The notes under the pieces: generated by a model
What the model saw: only the letters and a program-made list of their open reading frames with translations
Told to the model about the DNA's origin: nothing
Databases searched by the model: none
Source: Clostridia bacterium
Lineage (GTDB): Bacteria > Bacillota > Clostridia > JAAYHZ01
Assembly: GCA_050950825.1 (NCBI GenBank)
Contig: JBMNIH010000007.1
Span: 160,001-224,000 of the forward strand
DNA: 64,000 nt
Reading direction: 5' to 3'
Shown: piece by piece, positions 10,263 to 21,796 of the stretch
Layout of the letters: each line of letters begins with the position of its first letter
How positions within the stretch are numbered: position 1 is the first letter of the stretch
Position numbers and translations under genes: made by a program

Positions 10263-10742
10263 TTGGAAAAGAAAGTTATGTCCAAAGAGGAACTTCTCGA
10301 AAAGAAAGACTCTTTGCTTAAAGTATATAATGCAACACATGCAAAATCCAAGAGGCCTGCCCTCTTAACCAAAAAAGAAAAGAAGATCCTCGGCATCGGT
10401 AAGGATGAAGGCCGTGCATCGGTAACGAATGTCCGCATTCCCGCTACCAAAGCCAAGCTGGTTATTGACTTGATCCGAGGGAAATCCTTAGATACGGCAT
10501 ACGGAATTATAAAGAACGTACCTAGGGCAGCTTCGGAAATTCTTTACAAGCTGTTAAAGTCTGCGGAAGCCAATGCCGTTAATAATAACGAGTTGGACAG
10601 AGACTTGTTGTATGTAGCTGAAATTTACGCAAACCAAGGTCCTACGCTGAAGAGATTCAGACCGATGGCACAAGGGAGAGCCGGAAGAATCAGAAAACGC
10701 ACAAGTCACATTACTGTAGTTTTAAAGGAAAAGCAAGCTTAG
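10263..10742 (+). CDS. rplV: 50S ribosomal protein L22 (N-terminally extended)
   Basis: KSAEANA, QGPTLKRFRP, KRTSHITVVL; TTG start at 10263 or 10257 after AAGGAGG. Confidence 0.95.
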   Translation: MEKKVMSKEELLEKKDSLLKVYNATHAKSKRPALLTKKEKKILGIGKDEGRASVTNVRIPATKAKLVIDLIRGKSLDTAYGIIKNVPRAASEILYKLLKSAEANAVNNNELDRDLLYVAEIYANQGPTLKRFRPMAQGRAGRIRKRTSHITVVLKEKQA

Positions 10743-10753
10743 GAGGGTGAAGC

Positions 10754-11413
10754 ATGGGACAGAAAGTTAATCCGCATGGTATGAGGATTGGAATTATCAA
10801 GGACTGGGATACAAGATGGTATGCTTCAAAGAAAGAATTTTCTAAATTACTTGTAGAAGACGTTCAAATTCGTAAATACATTAAAAACGCTTTATACCAA
10901 GCAGGAATTGCAAGAATAGAAATCGAAAGAGCGGCAAACAAGCTGAAGCTGAATATTAGCACGGCGAAGCCCGGTATTGTCATCGGTAAGGGCGGAGCAG
11001 GCATCGAGCAGCTGAGAAAAGAAGTGGAAAAACTCACCGGCAAGAGCGTTCTGATTAACATTACCGAAGTGAAAAAGCCGGATATCAATGCGCAATTGAC
11101 AGCGGAAAACATTGCTGCACAAATTGAAAGAAGAATCAGCTATAAAAGAGCGATGAAGCAAGCTATGATGAGAGCAATGAAGGCCGGAGCGAAAGGAATC
11201 AAGGTTCAAGTGGGCGGACGCTTAAACGGTGCCGAAATTGCAAGAAGAGAACATTATAGCGAAGGGACCATTCCCTTGCAGACCTTGCGTGCCGATATCG
11301 ACTACGGTTTTGCCGAAGCTAACACCACCTACGGTAAAATCGGTATCAAGGTTTGGATCTTTAAGGGAGAAGTTCTTCCCATCAAGGAAGAAAAAGAGGA
11401 AGGGGGCGTTTGA
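10754..11413 (+). CDS. rpsC: 30S ribosomal protein S3
   Basis: [18 protein letters not shown]. Confidence 0.98.
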   Translation: MGQKVNPHGMRIGIIKDWDTRWYASKKEFSKLLVEDVQIRKYIKNALYQAGIARIEIERAANKLKLNISTAKPGIVIGKGGAGIEQLRKEVEKLTGKSVLINITEVKKPDINAQLTAENIAAQIERRISYKRAMKQAMMRAMKAGAKGIKVQVGGRLNGAEIARREHYSEGTIPLQTLRADIDYGFAEANTTYGKIGIKVWIFKGEVLPIKEEKEEGGV

Positions 11414-11415
11414 TT

Positions 11416-11853
11416 ATGTTAATGCCCAAGAGGGTTAAATACAGAAAAACTCAAAGAGGAGTTATCAAAGGAAAAGCAAATAAAGGGAACACCATCACTT
11501 TTGGTGAATTCGGTTTAGTAGCTATGGAACCCGGCTGGATCAAGAGCAACCAAATTGAAGCGGCACGTGTCGCCATGACAAGACGTACCAGCAGGGGCGG
11601 AAAGGTTTGGATCAAGATATTCCCGGATAAGCCCATTACACAAAAGCCCGCCGAAACCAGAATGGGTAGCGGTAAAGGAGCACCGGAATATTGGGTAGCA
11701 GTCGTAAAACCGGGCAGAGTTATGTTTGAAATCGCCGGCGTTCCCGAAGACGAGGCGAGAGAAGCATTCAGGCTTGCATCGCATAAACTTCCCATTAAGT
11801 GCAAAATAGTGAAGAAAGAAAAAGAAACGGATGGTGAAGCGAATGAAGGCTAA
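11416..11853 (+). CDS. rplP: 50S ribosomal protein L16
   Basis: [20 protein letters not shown]. Confidence 0.98.
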   Translation: MLMPKRVKYRKTQRGVIKGKANKGNTITFGEFGLVAMEPGWIKSNQIEAARVAMTRRTSRGGKVWIKIFPDKPITQKPAETRMGSGKGAPEYWVAVVKPGRVMFEIAGVPEDEAREAFRLASHKLPIKCKIVKKEKETDGEANEG

Positions 11854-12049
11854 TGAATTGAGAGAAATGACAATGGGTGAACTTAACGAGGAATTGAGAG
11901 AGCTTAAATCGGAATTGTTCAAACTCAGATTTCAGCATGCTACAAGCCGGTTAGCGAATCCTATGCAAATTAAAGCGGTTAAAAAGGATATAGCTCGGAT
12001 TAAAACGATTATTAGGCAACGAGAAATCGAAGGAATGAAAGCACAATAG
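11843..12049 (+). CDS. rpmC: 50S ribosomal protein L29
   Basis: [17 protein letters not shown]. Confidence 0.96.
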   Translation: MKANELREMTMGELNEELRELKSELFKLRFQHATSRLANPMQIKAVKKDIARIKTIIRQREIEGMKAQ

Positions 12050-12092
12050 CTGCTAAGATCCCTTACGAGCATGGGAAGGAGGAAGAACTTAA

Positions 12093-12350
12093 GTGTCTGA
12101 AAGGAATTTGAGAAAAACCAGAGTAGGAAGAGTTGTCAGCGATAAAATGGATAAAACCATTGTGGTTTCGGTAGAGGACATCGTAAGACACCCTTTATAT
12201 AATAAAACGATTAAGAGAACAAGCAAAATTAAGGCCCATGACGAGCATAACGAGTGCAGAATCGGGGACAAAGTATTGGTTATGGAAACCAGACCATTAA
12301 GCCGTCAAAAAAGATGGAGACTGGTAGAAATTTTAGAAAAAGCTCGTTAA
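12093..12350 (+). CDS. rpsQ: 30S ribosomal protein S17
   Basis: [17 protein letters not shown]. Confidence 0.97.
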   Translation: MSERNLRKTRVGRVVSDKMDKTIVVSVEDIVRHPLYNKTIKRTSKIKAHDEHNECRIGDKVLVMETRPLSRQKRWRLVEILEKAR

Positions 12351-12371
12351 ACGGCTAAGGAGGTATTCGTA

Positions 12372-12740
12372 ATGATACAACAGCAAACAATGCTCAAAGC
12401 AGCCGATAATACCGGCGCTAAAGAATTGATGTGTATAAAAGTTCTCGGCGGCTCGGGCAAAAAATATGCGAAAATCGGCGACGTAATAATCGCCAGCGTT
12501 AAAAGCGCAACGCCGGGCGGAGTTGTTAAGAAAGGTCAGGTCGTTCGCTGCGTTATCGTAAGAACAAAGAAGGAATTGAAAAGAAGCGACGGATCTTATA
12601 TCAAATTCGATGAAAATGCCGCCGTTATTATCCGAGAAGACAAAAATCCGTTAGGAACTCGTATTTTCGGGCCGGTAGCCAGGGAGCTTAGAGATAATGA
12701 CTATATGAAGATACTATCTCTTGCACCTGAAGTACTGTAG
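12372..12740 (+). CDS. rplN: 50S ribosomal protein L14
   Basis: [26 protein letters not shown]. Confidence 0.98.
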   Translation: MIQQQTMLKAADNTGAKELMCIKVLGGSGKKYAKIGDVIIASVKSATPGGVVKKGQVVRCVIVRTKKELKRSDGSYIKFDENAAVIIREDKNPLGTRIFGPVARELRDNDYMKILSLAPEVL

Positions 12741-12755
12741 GAAGGAGGAAACCAA

Positions 12756-13103
12756 GTGAATATCAAATCTCATGTTAAAACCGGAGACACTGTATTGGTT
12801 CTTACAGGAAAGGATGCAGGAAAAAAGGGAAAAGTGCTTGACGTACTTCCGAAGGAAGGAAAGGTTTTAGTGGAAGGAGTAAACATCCGGACGATTCACA
12901 AGAAACCTCGAGGAATGAACCAAGAAGGCGGAAGAATCGAGCAACCGGGGCATATCCATATATCCAATGTTATGCTCATCTGCCAAAACTGCAAGCAGCC
13001 GACCAGAATAGGAAGAAAGTATTTGGATGACGGTTCGAAGGTAAGATACTGTAAGAAATGCAGTGAAATCATAGATAACATTAGCAAAGGAAAAAAGGAT
13101 TAA
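12756..13103 (+). CDS. rplX: 50S ribosomal protein L24
   Basis: KOW motif GDTVLVLTGKDAGKKG, IHISNVML. Confidence 0.97.
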   Translation: MNIKSHVKTGDTVLVLTGKDAGKKGKVLDVLPKEGKVLVEGVNIRTIHKKPRGMNQEGGRIEQPGHIHISNVMLICQNCKQPTRIGRKYLDDGSKVRYCKKCSEIIDNISKGKKD

Positions 13104-13122
13104 AGAGAGGAGGTTTCGGTAA

Positions 13123-13665
13123 ATGTCAAGATTGAAAGAAAAATATATACAGGAAGTAATGCCTGCATTAAAGGAAAAGTTCGGTTACTCGGGACCTATG
13201 GAAATACCCCGGCTTGAAAAGGTCGTCATCAATATGGGTCTTGGAGAGCTGAAAGAAAATCCGAAAGCCCTCGAGTTTGCCATAAACGACTTAATGACCA
13301 TTTCGGGTCAAAGACCGGTCGTAACCAAAGCGAAGAAATCTGTTGCAAACTTTAAATTGAGACAAGGCATGAACATTGGATGCAAAGTCACTTTACGGGG
13401 AGACAGAATGTATGATTTCGTTGATAAATTGATCAATATCGCACTTCCGAGAGTGAGAGACTTAAGAGGCGTGAACCCGGCATCCTTTGACGGCAGAGGG
13501 AATTATTCCTTAGGCGTTAAAGAGCAGTTAATTTTCCCCGAAATCAATTACGATAAGATCGATAAGATTCGTGGAATGGATATTACCATCGTGACGACTG
13601 CAAAGACGGATGAAGAGGGCAGAGCTTTATTGGAAGCACTCGGAATGCCTTTCCGTAAGAATTAA
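13123..13665 (+). CDS. rplE: 50S ribosomal protein L5
   Basis: LPRVRD, FDGRGNY, QLIFPEI. Confidence 0.98.
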   Translation: MSRLKEKYIQEVMPALKEKFGYSGPMEIPRLEKVVINMGLGELKENPKALEFAINDLMTISGQRPVVTKAKKSVANFKLRQGMNIGCKVTLRGDRMYDFVDKLINIALPRVRDLRGVNPASFDGRGNYSLGVKEQLIFPEINYDKIDKIRGMDITIVTTAKTDEEGRALLEALGMPFRKN

Positions 13666-13677
13666 GGAGGAAATGTC

Positions 13678-13863
13678 ATGGCAAAGAAATCTTTGATCAA
13701 TAAACAGAAAAGAACCCCGAAGTTCAGCACTCGTTCTTACAACAGATGTCAGCTTTGCGGCAGACCGCATGCCTATATGCGTAAATTTGGGGTTTGTAGA
13801 TTATGCTTTAGAGAATTGGCATACAAAGGACAGATTCCCGGTTTGCGTAAAGCCAGCTGGTAA
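13678..13863 (+). CDS. rpsN: 30S ribosomal protein S14, zinc-binding type Z
   Basis: 61 aa, CQLC and CRLC. Confidence 0.97.
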   Translation: MAKKSLINKQKRTPKFSTRSYNRCQLCGRPHAYMRKFGVCRLCFRELAYKGQIPGLRKASW

Positions 13864-13901
13864 GGATACAAAATGCCAATTTGGGTTAGGAGGTAGAGTA
13901 A

Positions 13902-14300
13902 ATGCAGATAACTGACAGTATTGCCGATATGATCACCAGAATCCGTAATGCAGGTTCTGCAAGGCACGAGTTTGTAGATATTCCGGCATCGAATACGAAA
14001 AAAGCCATTGCTGAAATATTGTTTAATGAAGGGTTCATCAAAAAGTATGAAATCATCGATGACAATAAGCAAGGCATCATTCGGATCACACTGAAATACA
14101 CCAAAGACAAGAAGAGTGTAATTTCCGGAATTAAGAGAATAAGCAAGCCGGGTCTTCGCGTATATGCCGGTAAGGACGATATTCCGAAGGTTTTAGGCGG
14201 TTTGGGAATAGCCATTATTTCTACGTCGAAGGGTATTGTTACCGATAAGGTTGCAAGAGAAAACAACGTAGGCGGCGAAGTAATGGTTTATGTATGGTAA
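13902..14300 (+). CDS. rpsH: 30S ribosomal protein S8
   Basis: [21 protein letters not shown]. Confidence 0.98.
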   Translation: MQITDSIADMITRIRNAGSARHEFVDIPASNTKKAIAEILFNEGFIKKYEIIDDNKQGIIRITLKYTKDKKSVISGIKRISKPGLRVYAGKDDIPKVLGGLGIAIISTSKGIVTDKVARENNVGGEVMVYVW

Positions 14301-14376
14301 TTAAAGAGACGCACCTAGCGTATCTGAAAAAAACCGAATAGAAGGTTTTCAATCTGAAGAACAGGAGGTGTTGAAT

Positions 14377-14919
14377 ATGTCAAGAATCGGACGTTTGCCG
14401 ATTAACATCCCGAGCGGTGTTACGGTTAAAATTGATAACGGTAATTTTGTAACGGTTAAGGGACCGAAAGGTACTTTGACACAAACGTTTCATCCGGATA
14501 TGACTATTGAACAAGAAGAGAACACATTGTTGGTAAAAAGACCGACCAATAACAAGAAACACAGAGCATTACATGGCTTAACCAGAAGCTTGTTAAAGAA
14601 CATGGTTGTCGGTGTTACGGAAGGATTCTCTAAGAAATTAGAAATCAACGGTGTCGGTTACAGGGCACAAAAACAAGGTAAGAAATTAGTTTTGACAGTT
14701 GGTTACTCCCATCCCGTTGAAATGGAAGAACCGGATGGAATAACTTACGAAGTTCCTGATGCGAATACCATTATCGTAAAGGGTATCGACAAACAGCTCG
14801 TAGGTGAAATGGCGGCTAAGATCAGATTTACACGTCCGCCCGAACCTTATCAAGGTAAAGGTATCAAGTATGCGGATGAAGTTATCATTCGCAAGGAAGG
14901 AAAAGCCGGTTCGGTATAA
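14377..14919 (+). CDS. rplF: 50S ribosomal protein L6
   Basis: [15 protein letters not shown]. Confidence 0.98.
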   Translation: MSRIGRLPINIPSGVTVKIDNGNFVTVKGPKGTLTQTFHPDMTIEQEENTLLVKRPTNNKKHRALHGLTRSLLKNMVVGVTEGFSKKLEINGVGYRAQKQGKKLVLTVGYSHPVEMEEPDGITYEVPDANTIIVKGIDKQLVGEMAAKIRFTRPPEPYQGKGIKYADEVIIRKEGKAGSV

Positions 14920-14948
14920 CGGGTTAAAGTGAAAGGAGTGAAACTGAG

Positions 14949-15311
14949 ATGATAAAGAAGCCTGATAAAAACGAAGAAAGAAAAAGAAGGCATGAACGGA
15001 TTAGAAAGAAAATTTCGGGTACGCCTGAAAGACCGAGATTATGCGTATACCGTAGTTTAAAACATATATATGTACAAATCATCGACGACAGTACGGGTCA
15101 TACCTTAGTGGCTGCTTCAACTCTGGATAAAGAATTAAAAGGCATGTACGGCGGTAATATCGAAGCCGCTATCGCTGTGGGCAAACTGGCTGCACAAAGA
15201 GCTCTTGAAAAAGGCATTACGGATGTCGTATTCGACAGAGGCGGATATTTGTACCATGGCAGAGTAAAAGCGCTGGCCGATGCTGCAAGAAGCGCCGGAT
15301 TGAACTTTTAA
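14949..15311 (+). CDS. rplR: 50S ribosomal protein L18
   Basis: [21 protein letters not shown]. Confidence 0.98.
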   Translation: MIKKPDKNEERKRRHERIRKKISGTPERPRLCVYRSLKHIYVQIIDDSTGHTLVAASTLDKELKGMYGGNIEAAIAVGKLAAQRALEKGITDVVFDRGGYLYHGRVKALADAARSAGLNF

Positions 15312-15331
15312 CGCAAAAGGAGGGAAAGTAC

Positions 15332-15832
15332 TTGCAACGTAATTATTCCAATGAATTAGAATTGAAAGAAAAACTGGTGCACGTTAATCGTGTTACCAAG
15401 GTTGTTAAGGGTGGAAGAAACTTCAGGTTCAGCGCCTTAGTAGTTGTAGGTGACGAAAACGGACACGTTGGTGCAGGTTTAGGCAAAGCGGCCGAAATAC
15501 CCGACGCGATTCGAAAAGGTATTGAAAAGGCAAAGAAGAATTTAATCAAAGTTCCTTTAATAGATACAACTATCCCTCACGAAACCATCGGTGAGTTCGG
15601 AGCATCGAAAGTGCTGATCAAGCCGGCGAAACCGGGTACCGGAGTTATTGCAGGCGGAGCCGTTCGTGCCGTTGTCGAATTGGCCGGTATCAAGGATATC
15701 AAGACGAAGTCTCTGGGATCGAATAACAGTAATAATTTAGTAAATGCTACGTTGATTGCTTTGAAGCAATTAAAGAGTGCAGAAGATGTTGCCAAGCTCA
15801 GAGGAAAAGCCGTCGAAGAAATCTTAGGGTAG
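15332..15832 (+). CDS. rpsE: 30S ribosomal protein S5
   Basis: [19 protein letters not shown]. Confidence 0.98.
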   Translation: MQRNYSNELELKEKLVHVNRVTKVVKGGRNFRFSALVVVGDENGHVGAGLGKAAEIPDAIRKGIEKAKKNLIKVPLIDTTIPHETIGEFGASKVLIKPAKPGTGVIAGGAVRAVVELAGIKDIKTKSLGSNNSNNLVNATLIALKQLKSAEDVAKLRGKAVEEILG

Positions 15833-15844
15833 GAGGAATCTGAA

Positions 15845-16030
15845 GTGGCAAAGTTGAAAATAACACAGACAAGAAGTATAATTAAGTGCAAAGATTATCA
15901 GATCGCTACATTGAAAGCTCTGGGGCTTAAGAAAATCGGTAGTGTAGTAGTACATGAAGACAATGATGGTATTCGTGGAATGATCAATGTCGTATCTCAT
16001 CTTGTCAAAGTGGAAGAAATAGAAGGGTAG
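15845..16030 (+). CDS. rpmD: 50S ribosomal protein L30
   Basis: [18 protein letters not shown]; synteny. Confidence 0.95.
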   Translation: MAKLKITQTRSIIKCKDYQIATLKALGLKKIGSVVVHEDNDGIRGMINVVSHLVKVEEIEG

Positions 16031-16043
16031 GAGGTGTGCATCA

Positions 16044-16490
16044 ATGAGATTGTCCGAATTGCAATCTCCTGCAGGAAGCAGGAAAGAGGGCAAGAGAAAA
16101 GGCAGAGGTCGCGGTTCAGGTCTTGGCAAGACTTCAGGAAGAGGACATAAGGGCCAAAAAGCGCGTTCCGGAGGCGGTATCAGAATCGGCTTCGAAGGCG
16201 GTCAAATGCCTTTGTACAGAAGAATTCCTAAAAGAGGATTCAACAACAAAAGGTTTGCTAAGCATTACACCGAAGTAGACCTGTCTGCTCTCAATTATTT
16301 TGAAGACGGTGCTGTTGTGGATGCACAAGTATTGTTAGAAAATAATATCATTCGCAAATTGGAAGACGATGGTATCGTCATTTTAGGCAACGGAGAAATC
16401 GAAAAGAAGATTACCGTTAGAGCCAATAGATTTACCAAGTCGGCAGCCGAGAAAATAGAAGCTGCAGGTGGAAAGGCAGAGGTGGTATGA
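16044..16490 (+). CDS. rplO: 50S ribosomal protein L15
   Basis: [29 protein letters not shown]. Confidence 0.98.
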   Translation: MRLSELQSPAGSRKEGKRKGRGRGSGLGKTSGRGHKGQKARSGGGIRIGFEGGQMPLYRRIPKRGFNNKRFAKHYTEVDLSALNYFEDGAVVDAQVLLENNIIRKLEDDGIVILGNGEIEKKITVRANRFTKSAAEKIEAAGGKAEVV

Positions 16491-16491
16491 C

Positions 16492-17778
16492 ATGGCAAAT
16501 ACTCTGGAAGCAGTGAGAAACGTATGGAAAATCAAGGACCTTAGGAAAAAGATTCTCTTTACACTGTTGATGCTTCTCATCTACAGAGTCGGATCTTTTA
16601 TCCCCATCCCCGGATTGCGGGCCGAAGAATTCGCCGCACTGGTTCAAAAAGGTCAGTTGTTTGGTTTTCTCGATATAATTTCGGGTGGAGCGTTCCAGAA
16701 TGCATCTATCTTTGCCATGAATATCACGCCATATATCAACTCATCCATTATTATGCAGCTTTTAACCATAGCAATTCCCGCTTTAGAGAGGCTGCAGAAG
16801 GAAGGAAACGAAGGAAGAAAGAAGATACAGCAGTACGTCCGTTACGGAGCAGTGCTGCTGGGATTCTTCCAGGCTTCCATGCTATATATCGGCATGAGAA
16901 GAGCCGTCTCCGACGGTGGATCCGTAATTTCCTTTTTTACCGTCACATTAACGTTTACGGCGGGAACGGCAATTTTGATGTGGTTAGGTGAGCAGATTAC
17001 GGAAAAGGGAATCGGAAACGGAATATCCTTAATCATTTTCGCAGGGATTGTTTCCAGAGGACCCCAAGCCGCTGCAACGTTATATAACTTATACGTGAGC
17101 GAACAACTTGGTGCCGGTATTCTTGGTATTATCGGAATCATATTCATCCTTGCTATGTTTATAGCCGTGATTGGAGCCGTTGTCTATATCCAAGAAGCGG
17201 AACGTAGGATTCCTATCCAATATGCCAAGAGAGTCGTAGGAAGAAAAATGTACGGAGGACAAAGTACACACCTTCCTATTAAAGTGAATATGTCCGGTGT
17301 AATACCCATTATTTTCGCCATGTCCATTATGGCATTTCCGCAAACCATTATCGGGCTGGTAGCCCCGAACACGACGAGTAAAATATTGATTGCGCTGTCC
17401 AAACAGGGCGGCCCCATTTATACCGTTTTATACGCACTGCTGATTTTGTTCTTTACCTTCTTCTATTCCGTTATCCAGTTTAACCCGATCGAGGTAGCGA
17501 ACAATTTGAAGAAGAACGGCGGATTTATTCCGGGAATCAGACCCGGGAAGCCGACGGCCGATTATATTTCCGGCATATTAAACAAGCTGACATGGATCGG
17601 CGGTATCTTCCTTGCCTTAATCACCATATTCCCCAGCATAATGGGAATCATTTTCGGTATACAAGGCATTTGGTTCGGCGGTACGTCCGTGTTGATTATG
17701 GTTGGTGTTGCGCTGGAAACTGCACAGCAAATTGAATCGCAAATGCTGATGAGGCATTATAAAGGATTCCTGGAATAG
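16492..17778 (+). CDS. secY: Preprotein translocase subunit SecY
   Basis: ITPYINSSIIMQLL, GIGNGISL, FIPGIRPG, GGTSVLI. Confidence 0.98.
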   Translation: MANTLEAVRNVWKIKDLRKKILFTLLMLLIYRVGSFIPIPGLRAEEFAALVQKGQLFGFLDIISGGAFQNASIFAMNITPYINSSIIMQLLTIAIPALERLQKEGNEGRKKIQQYVRYGAVLLGFFQASMLYIGMRRAVSDGGSVISFFTVTLTFTAGTAILMWLGEQITEKGIGNGISLIIFAGIVSRGPQAAATLYNLYVSEQLGAGILGIIGIIFILAMFIAVIGAVVYIQEAERRIPIQYAKRVVGRKMYGGQSTHLPIKVNMSGVIPIIFAMSIMAFPQTIIGLVAPNTTSKILIALSKQGGPIYTVLYALLILFFTFFYSVIQFNPIEVANNLKKNGGFIPGIRPGKPTADYISGILNKLTWIGGIFLALITIFPSIMGIIFGIQGIWFGGTSVLIMVGVALETAQQIESQMLMRHYKGFLE

Positions 17779-17808
17779 GAATGAGGATTGTTTTGGCAGG
17801 TGATTAAA

Positions 17809-18447
17809 TTGAAAATTATACTGTTAGGTGCTCCGGGAAGCGGAAAAGGCACTCAAGCCGGTTTGTTGTATGAAAAGCTGGGTATCCCCCACATTTCAAC
17901 CGGAGAGATCTTTCGCAATCATATCAAGAACAATACTCGGCTGGGCCAAAAGGCCGGCGAGTATATGAAAGCGGGGCAATTGGTTCCGGATGAGCTGACA
18001 TGTGAAATGCTTTTCGAAAGACTGGAAGAAGAGGATTGCAAAAACGGCTTTATACTGGACGGGTTCCCGCGGACCATCAACCAAGCGGAAGCTTTGGACC
18101 GGTACTTTAAAGAAAAGGGACAGGAAATTGACAAGGTAATCAACATCATCGTTCCCGACGAAGAGGTCATAAGACGTATCGGCGCAAGAAGAGTTTGCTC
18201 CAATTGCTCGGCAACCTATAACCTCGACTACGATAAGCCTGCTGACGAACTGTGCACCGTATGTCGTTCTCCGTTGATACAAAGAAAGGACGACTCGCCG
18301 GAAATCGTTAAAGCGCGCCTTGTGACTTATCATGAAATGACCGAACCGTTGATTAAGTATTATAAGAAATCGGGTAAATTTGTAGCCGTCGACGGAATTC
18401 TCGGCAAGTGGAATGTAAACAAGGTGATTATGAGGATATTAGGTTAA
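17809..18447 (+). CDS. adk: Adenylate kinase with zinc LID
   Basis: GAPGSGKGT, LDGFPRT, CSNC...CTVC. Confidence 0.96.
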   Translation: MKIILLGAPGSGKGTQAGLLYEKLGIPHISTGEIFRNHIKNNTRLGQKAGEYMKAGQLVPDELTCEMLFERLEEEDCKNGFILDGFPRTINQAEALDRYFKEKGQEIDKVINIIVPDEEVIRRIGARRVCSNCSATYNLDYDKPADELCTVCRSPLIQRKDDSPEIVKARLVTYHEMTEPLIKYYKKSGKFVAVDGILGKWNVNKVIMRILG

Positions 18448-18502
18448 AAATACAATAAATGTTAATAATAGTATGATGCAGCTATATACGGAGGAACAAA
18501 GA

Positions 18503-18778
18503 ATGGATTTCCAGCCCGGAGATTCGGTTCTTTCCAGAGCCGGAAGAGACAAAGGCAGAGTCTTTGTGGTATTGGCTGTGCGTGAACCGGACTATATCAC
18601 CATCGCGGATGGAGATCTACGGAAAGTAGAGAATCCGAAGCTGAAAAAGGTGAAGCATGTGCGCCATACCGGTATTCGGATAACGGCCATTGCAGAGAAA
18701 ATCAAGGCCGGAGAAAGAATAACCAATTCTGATATTCGGAAAGCATTGGATGCCGCATTTAAAAACGGCAACACTTAA
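18503..18778 (+). CDS. KOW-domain RNA-binding protein (L14e-like)
   Basis: SRAGRDKG, IADG.LRKVENPKLKKVKH; usual clostridial position before infA. Confidence 0.85.
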   Translation: MDFQPGDSVLSRAGRDKGRVFVVLAVREPDYITIADGDLRKVENPKLKKVKHVRHTGIRITAIAEKIKAGERITNSDIRKALDAAFKNGNT

Positions 18779-18793
18779 AAGGAGGGTTATAAT

Positions 18794-19015
18794 TTGCCTA
18801 AAGAAAGCGTTATAGAAGTAAAAGGCACTGTGACCGAAGCATTGCCGAATGCGATGTTCAGAGTCAAATTGGAAAACGGTCATGAGATACTAGCACATAT
18901 ATCCGGTAAGTTAAGAATGAATTACATTAAAATTTTGCCGGGTGATACGGTAACGGTAGTATTGTCGCCGTATGATCTGACAAAGGGCCGAATTGTATGG
19001 AGAGGTAAGCAATAA
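18794..19015 (+). CDS. infA: Translation initiation factor IF-1
   Basis: [25 protein letters not shown]. Confidence 0.97.
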   Translation: MPKESVIEVKGTVTEALPNAMFRVKLENGHEILAHISGKLRMNYIKILPGDTVTVVLSPYDLTKGRIVWRGKQ

Positions 19016-19037
19016 GATACCTTAAAGGAGGTTTCAA

Positions 19038-19154
19038 ATGAAAGTTAAACCGTCTGTTAAAAAAAGATGCGATAAATGTAAAATTATTAAACGCAAAGGA
19101 CGAATCATGGTCATTTGCGAAAAAGAACCTAGGCACAAACAAAAACAAGGGTAG
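19038..19154 (+). CDS. rpmJ: 50S ribosomal protein L36 (not in the supplied ORF track)
   Basis: Manual translation [38 protein letters not shown]; AAGGAGG RBS. Confidence 0.97.
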   Translation: MKVKPSVKKRCDKCKIIKRKGRIMVICEKEPRHKQKQG

Positions 19155-19274
19155 TCGACATATTGCATAGCAGTATGACATGAATCACCGTATAGCGCGG
19201 CTGCGGAAATCTAAAATTTCCGGCTATTTGGTGTGAATATATAAAAAAGTCAAATAAACGGAGGTGCTCATTGA

Positions 19275-19640
19275 ATGGCTCGTATTGCCGGAGTGGATTT
19301 ACCCAGGGAAAAGAGAGTTGAGATCGGTCTGACATATATATTCGGAATCGGCAGAACATCTGCAAAGAAAATTTTGGCCGAAACCGGTATCAATCCCGAT
19401 ACAAGGGTGAAGGACCTGAATGATGATGAAATTACGAAATTAAGAAATACGATTGAAAGAAATTATGTCGTCGAAGGTGACTTAAGACGCGACATCTCGT
19501 TGAATATTAAGAGATTAATCGAAATCGGTAGCTACAGAGGCAGAAGGCATAGAGCCGGTTTACCGGTTAGGGGTCAAAGAACAAAGACCAATGCCAGAAC
19601 CCGTAAGGGACCGTCGAAAACCATAGGAAGAAAAGCATAG
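19275..19640 (+). CDS. rpsM: 30S ribosomal protein S13
   Basis: [25 protein letters not shown]. Confidence 0.98.
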   Translation: MARIAGVDLPREKRVEIGLTYIFGIGRTSAKKILAETGINPDTRVKDLNDDEITKLRNTIERNYVVEGDLRRDISLNIKRLIEIGSYRGRRHRAGLPVRGQRTKTNARTRKGPSKTIGRKA

Positions 19641-19657
19641 AAAAGGAGGTAGGTTGA

Positions 19658-20050
19658 ATGGCACCTAGAAAGGTCAAAAGAACAAAACGGAGAGAAAGAA
19701 AAAACATTGAACACGGCGCTGCACATATCAGTTCATCGTTTAACAATACCATCGTAACGATTACGGATACGGCGGGAAATGCGTTGTCATGGTCTAGTGC
19801 AGGATCTTTAGGATTCAGAGGGTCCAGAAAAAACACTCCTTTTGCGGCACAGTCGGCAGCCGAACAAGCGGCCAGAGCAGCTATGGAACACGGTTTGAGG
19901 ACCGTTGAGGTTTACGTTAAGGGTCCCGGCGCAGGACGTGAAGCTGCGATCCGCGCACTGCAAGCAGCAGGTCTGGAAGTAAGTATGATTAAAGACGTTA
20001 CTCCGATTCCCCACAACGGATGCAGACCGCCTAAGAGACGAAGAGTATAA
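19658..20050 (+). CDS. rpsK: 30S ribosomal protein S11
   Basis: [26 protein letters not shown]. Confidence 0.98.
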   Translation: MAPRKVKRTKRRERKNIEHGAAHISSSFNNTIVTITDTAGNALSWSSAGSLGFRGSRKNTPFAAQSAAEQAARAAMEHGLRTVEVYVKGPGAGREAAIRALQAAGLEVSMIKDVTPIPHNGCRPPKRRRV

Positions 20051-20068
20051 GGGAGGTGTATTAGATCA

Positions 20069-20698
20069 ATGGCAAGATATACAGATGCTTCCTGCAGACT
20101 ATGCAGAAGAGAAGGGGAAAAACTGTTTTTAAAAGGTGACAGATGCTATTCGGATAAGTGTTCCGTAGTAAAACGCCCCTCTGCGCCCGGTCAACACGGC
20201 AGCCAAAGGAAAAAGGCTTCTGAACACGGGCTTCAAATGCGTGAAAAGCAAAAAGCAAAGAGATTTTACGGAATTTTGGAAAAGCAATTTGAAAGATATT
20301 ACGAAATCGCTTTTAATCAAAAAGGCGTTACCGGCGAAAACCTGTTAAAATTATTGGAAAGCCGTTTGGATAACGTTGTATATAGAATGGGTATCGGTGC
20401 TTCCAGAGCCGAAGCCAGACAAATCGTAAATCACGGACATATTATGGTAAATGGAAAAGTAGTCAATATTCCTTCTTACAGAACCAAACCCGGTGATGCG
20501 ATTGAAGTAAAGGATTCAAGCAAGGGATTAACATACTTTAAGAACTTGATTGAAGCGGGAAATACAAGGAATTTACCGAGCTGGTTGTCGTTCGATATGG
20601 CAAGTCTCAAAGGTGCCGTTTTAGCGGAATGCCCCAGAGAAGAAGTCGACCTGAATGTCCAAGAACAGCTCATTATCGAATTCTATTCGAAGAGCTAA
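20069..20698 (+). CDS. rpsD: 30S ribosomal protein S4
   Basis: [25 protein letters not shown]. Confidence 0.98.
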   Translation: MARYTDASCRLCRREGEKLFLKGDRCYSDKCSVVKRPSAPGQHGSQRKKASEHGLQMREKQKAKRFYGILEKQFERYYEIAFNQKGVTGENLLKLLESRLDNVVYRMGIGASRAEARQIVNHGHIMVNGKVVNIPSYRTKPGDAIEVKDSSKGLTYFKNLIEAGNTRNLPSWLSFDMASLKGAVLAECPREEVDLNVQEQLIIEFYSKS

Positions 20699-20810
20699 AA
20701 TACGGTTGATCGGTTGCTTATTGCCAAATGAAATATTTAGGCAAAGTATTGTAGCATTGAAAAACTAAATCGGTCCCCGGATATCCGGGCTGATAGAGGA
20801 GGGTTTATAT

Positions 20811-21758
20811 TTGATAGAAATTGAAAAGCCAAAGATCGAATGTGTAGAAATGAACCAGAATAATACGTACGGAAAATTTGTAATCGAACCCTTAGAAAGA
20901 GGATACGGGATTACTTTAGGTAACTCTTTGCGAAGAATACTCCTGTCTTCTCTGCCGGGTTCCGCCGCTACGTCGATTAAAATTGACGGCGTGCTCCATG
21001 AATTTTCCACGATCCCGGGTGTAGTAGAAGATGTAACCGAAATAATCCTCAATATTAAGTCTTTGGCGTTTAAGATGTATACAGATGAACCTAAGACCGT
21101 ATATATTCAAGCTGAAGGTGCCAAGGTGATTACAGGTGCTGACATCAAGACAGATGCCGACATTGAGGTTTTGAACCCGGATGCGTATATCGCAACGTTA
21201 AATGAAAACGGCAAGCTGTACATGGAGATAACGGTGGAAAAATCCAGAGGCTATGTACCGGCCGAAAGAAACAAGGTACCGGGGCAGCCTATCGGAGTCA
21301 TCCCCATTGACTCGATATTCACTCCTGTAAAGCACGTAAACTACCGTGTGGAAAACACCCGTGTAGGAAAGGTTACCGACTATGACAGACTCATACTGGA
21401 AATAACGACGAACGGTAACATTAAGCCGGACGAAGCAATGAGCTTAGGTGCCAAGATTTTAAGCGAGCACTTAAAGCTGTTTATTGATTTGTCGGATCAT
21501 GCGAAGAACACCGAAATCATGGTCGAAAAAGAAGACGACAACAAGGAAAAAGTCCTTGAAATGACAATCGAAGAATTGGATTTATCGGTGCGCTCATACA
21601 ACTGCTTGAAGAGAGCAGGCATCAATACGGTCGAAGACTTGACCAACAAAAGTGAAGAAGAAATGATGAAGGTTCGAAATCTGGGTAAGAAATCCCTTGA
21701 AGAGGTATTAGGTAAGCTGGCCGAATTAGGCTTATCCCTCAGAAAAGACGAAGATTAA
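20811..21758 (+). CDS. rpoA: RNA polymerase alpha subunit
   Basis: [37 protein letters not shown]. Confidence 0.98.
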   Translation: MIEIEKPKIECVEMNQNNTYGKFVIEPLERGYGITLGNSLRRILLSSLPGSAATSIKIDGVLHEFSTIPGVVEDVTEIILNIKSLAFKMYTDEPKTVYIQAEGAKVITGADIKTDADIEVLNPDAYIATLNENGKLYMEITVEKSRGYVPAERNKVPGQPIGVIPIDSIFTPVKHVNYRVENTRVGKVTDYDRLILEITTNGNIKPDEAMSLGAKILSEHLKLFIDLSDHAKNTEIMVEKEDDNKEKVLEMTIEELDLSVRSYNCLKRAGINTVEDLTNKSEEEMMKVRNLGKKSLEEVLGKLAELGLSLRKDED

Positions 21759-21796
21759 CCCGATTTCAAAAAGACCTAAGAAAGGAGTATATGACA

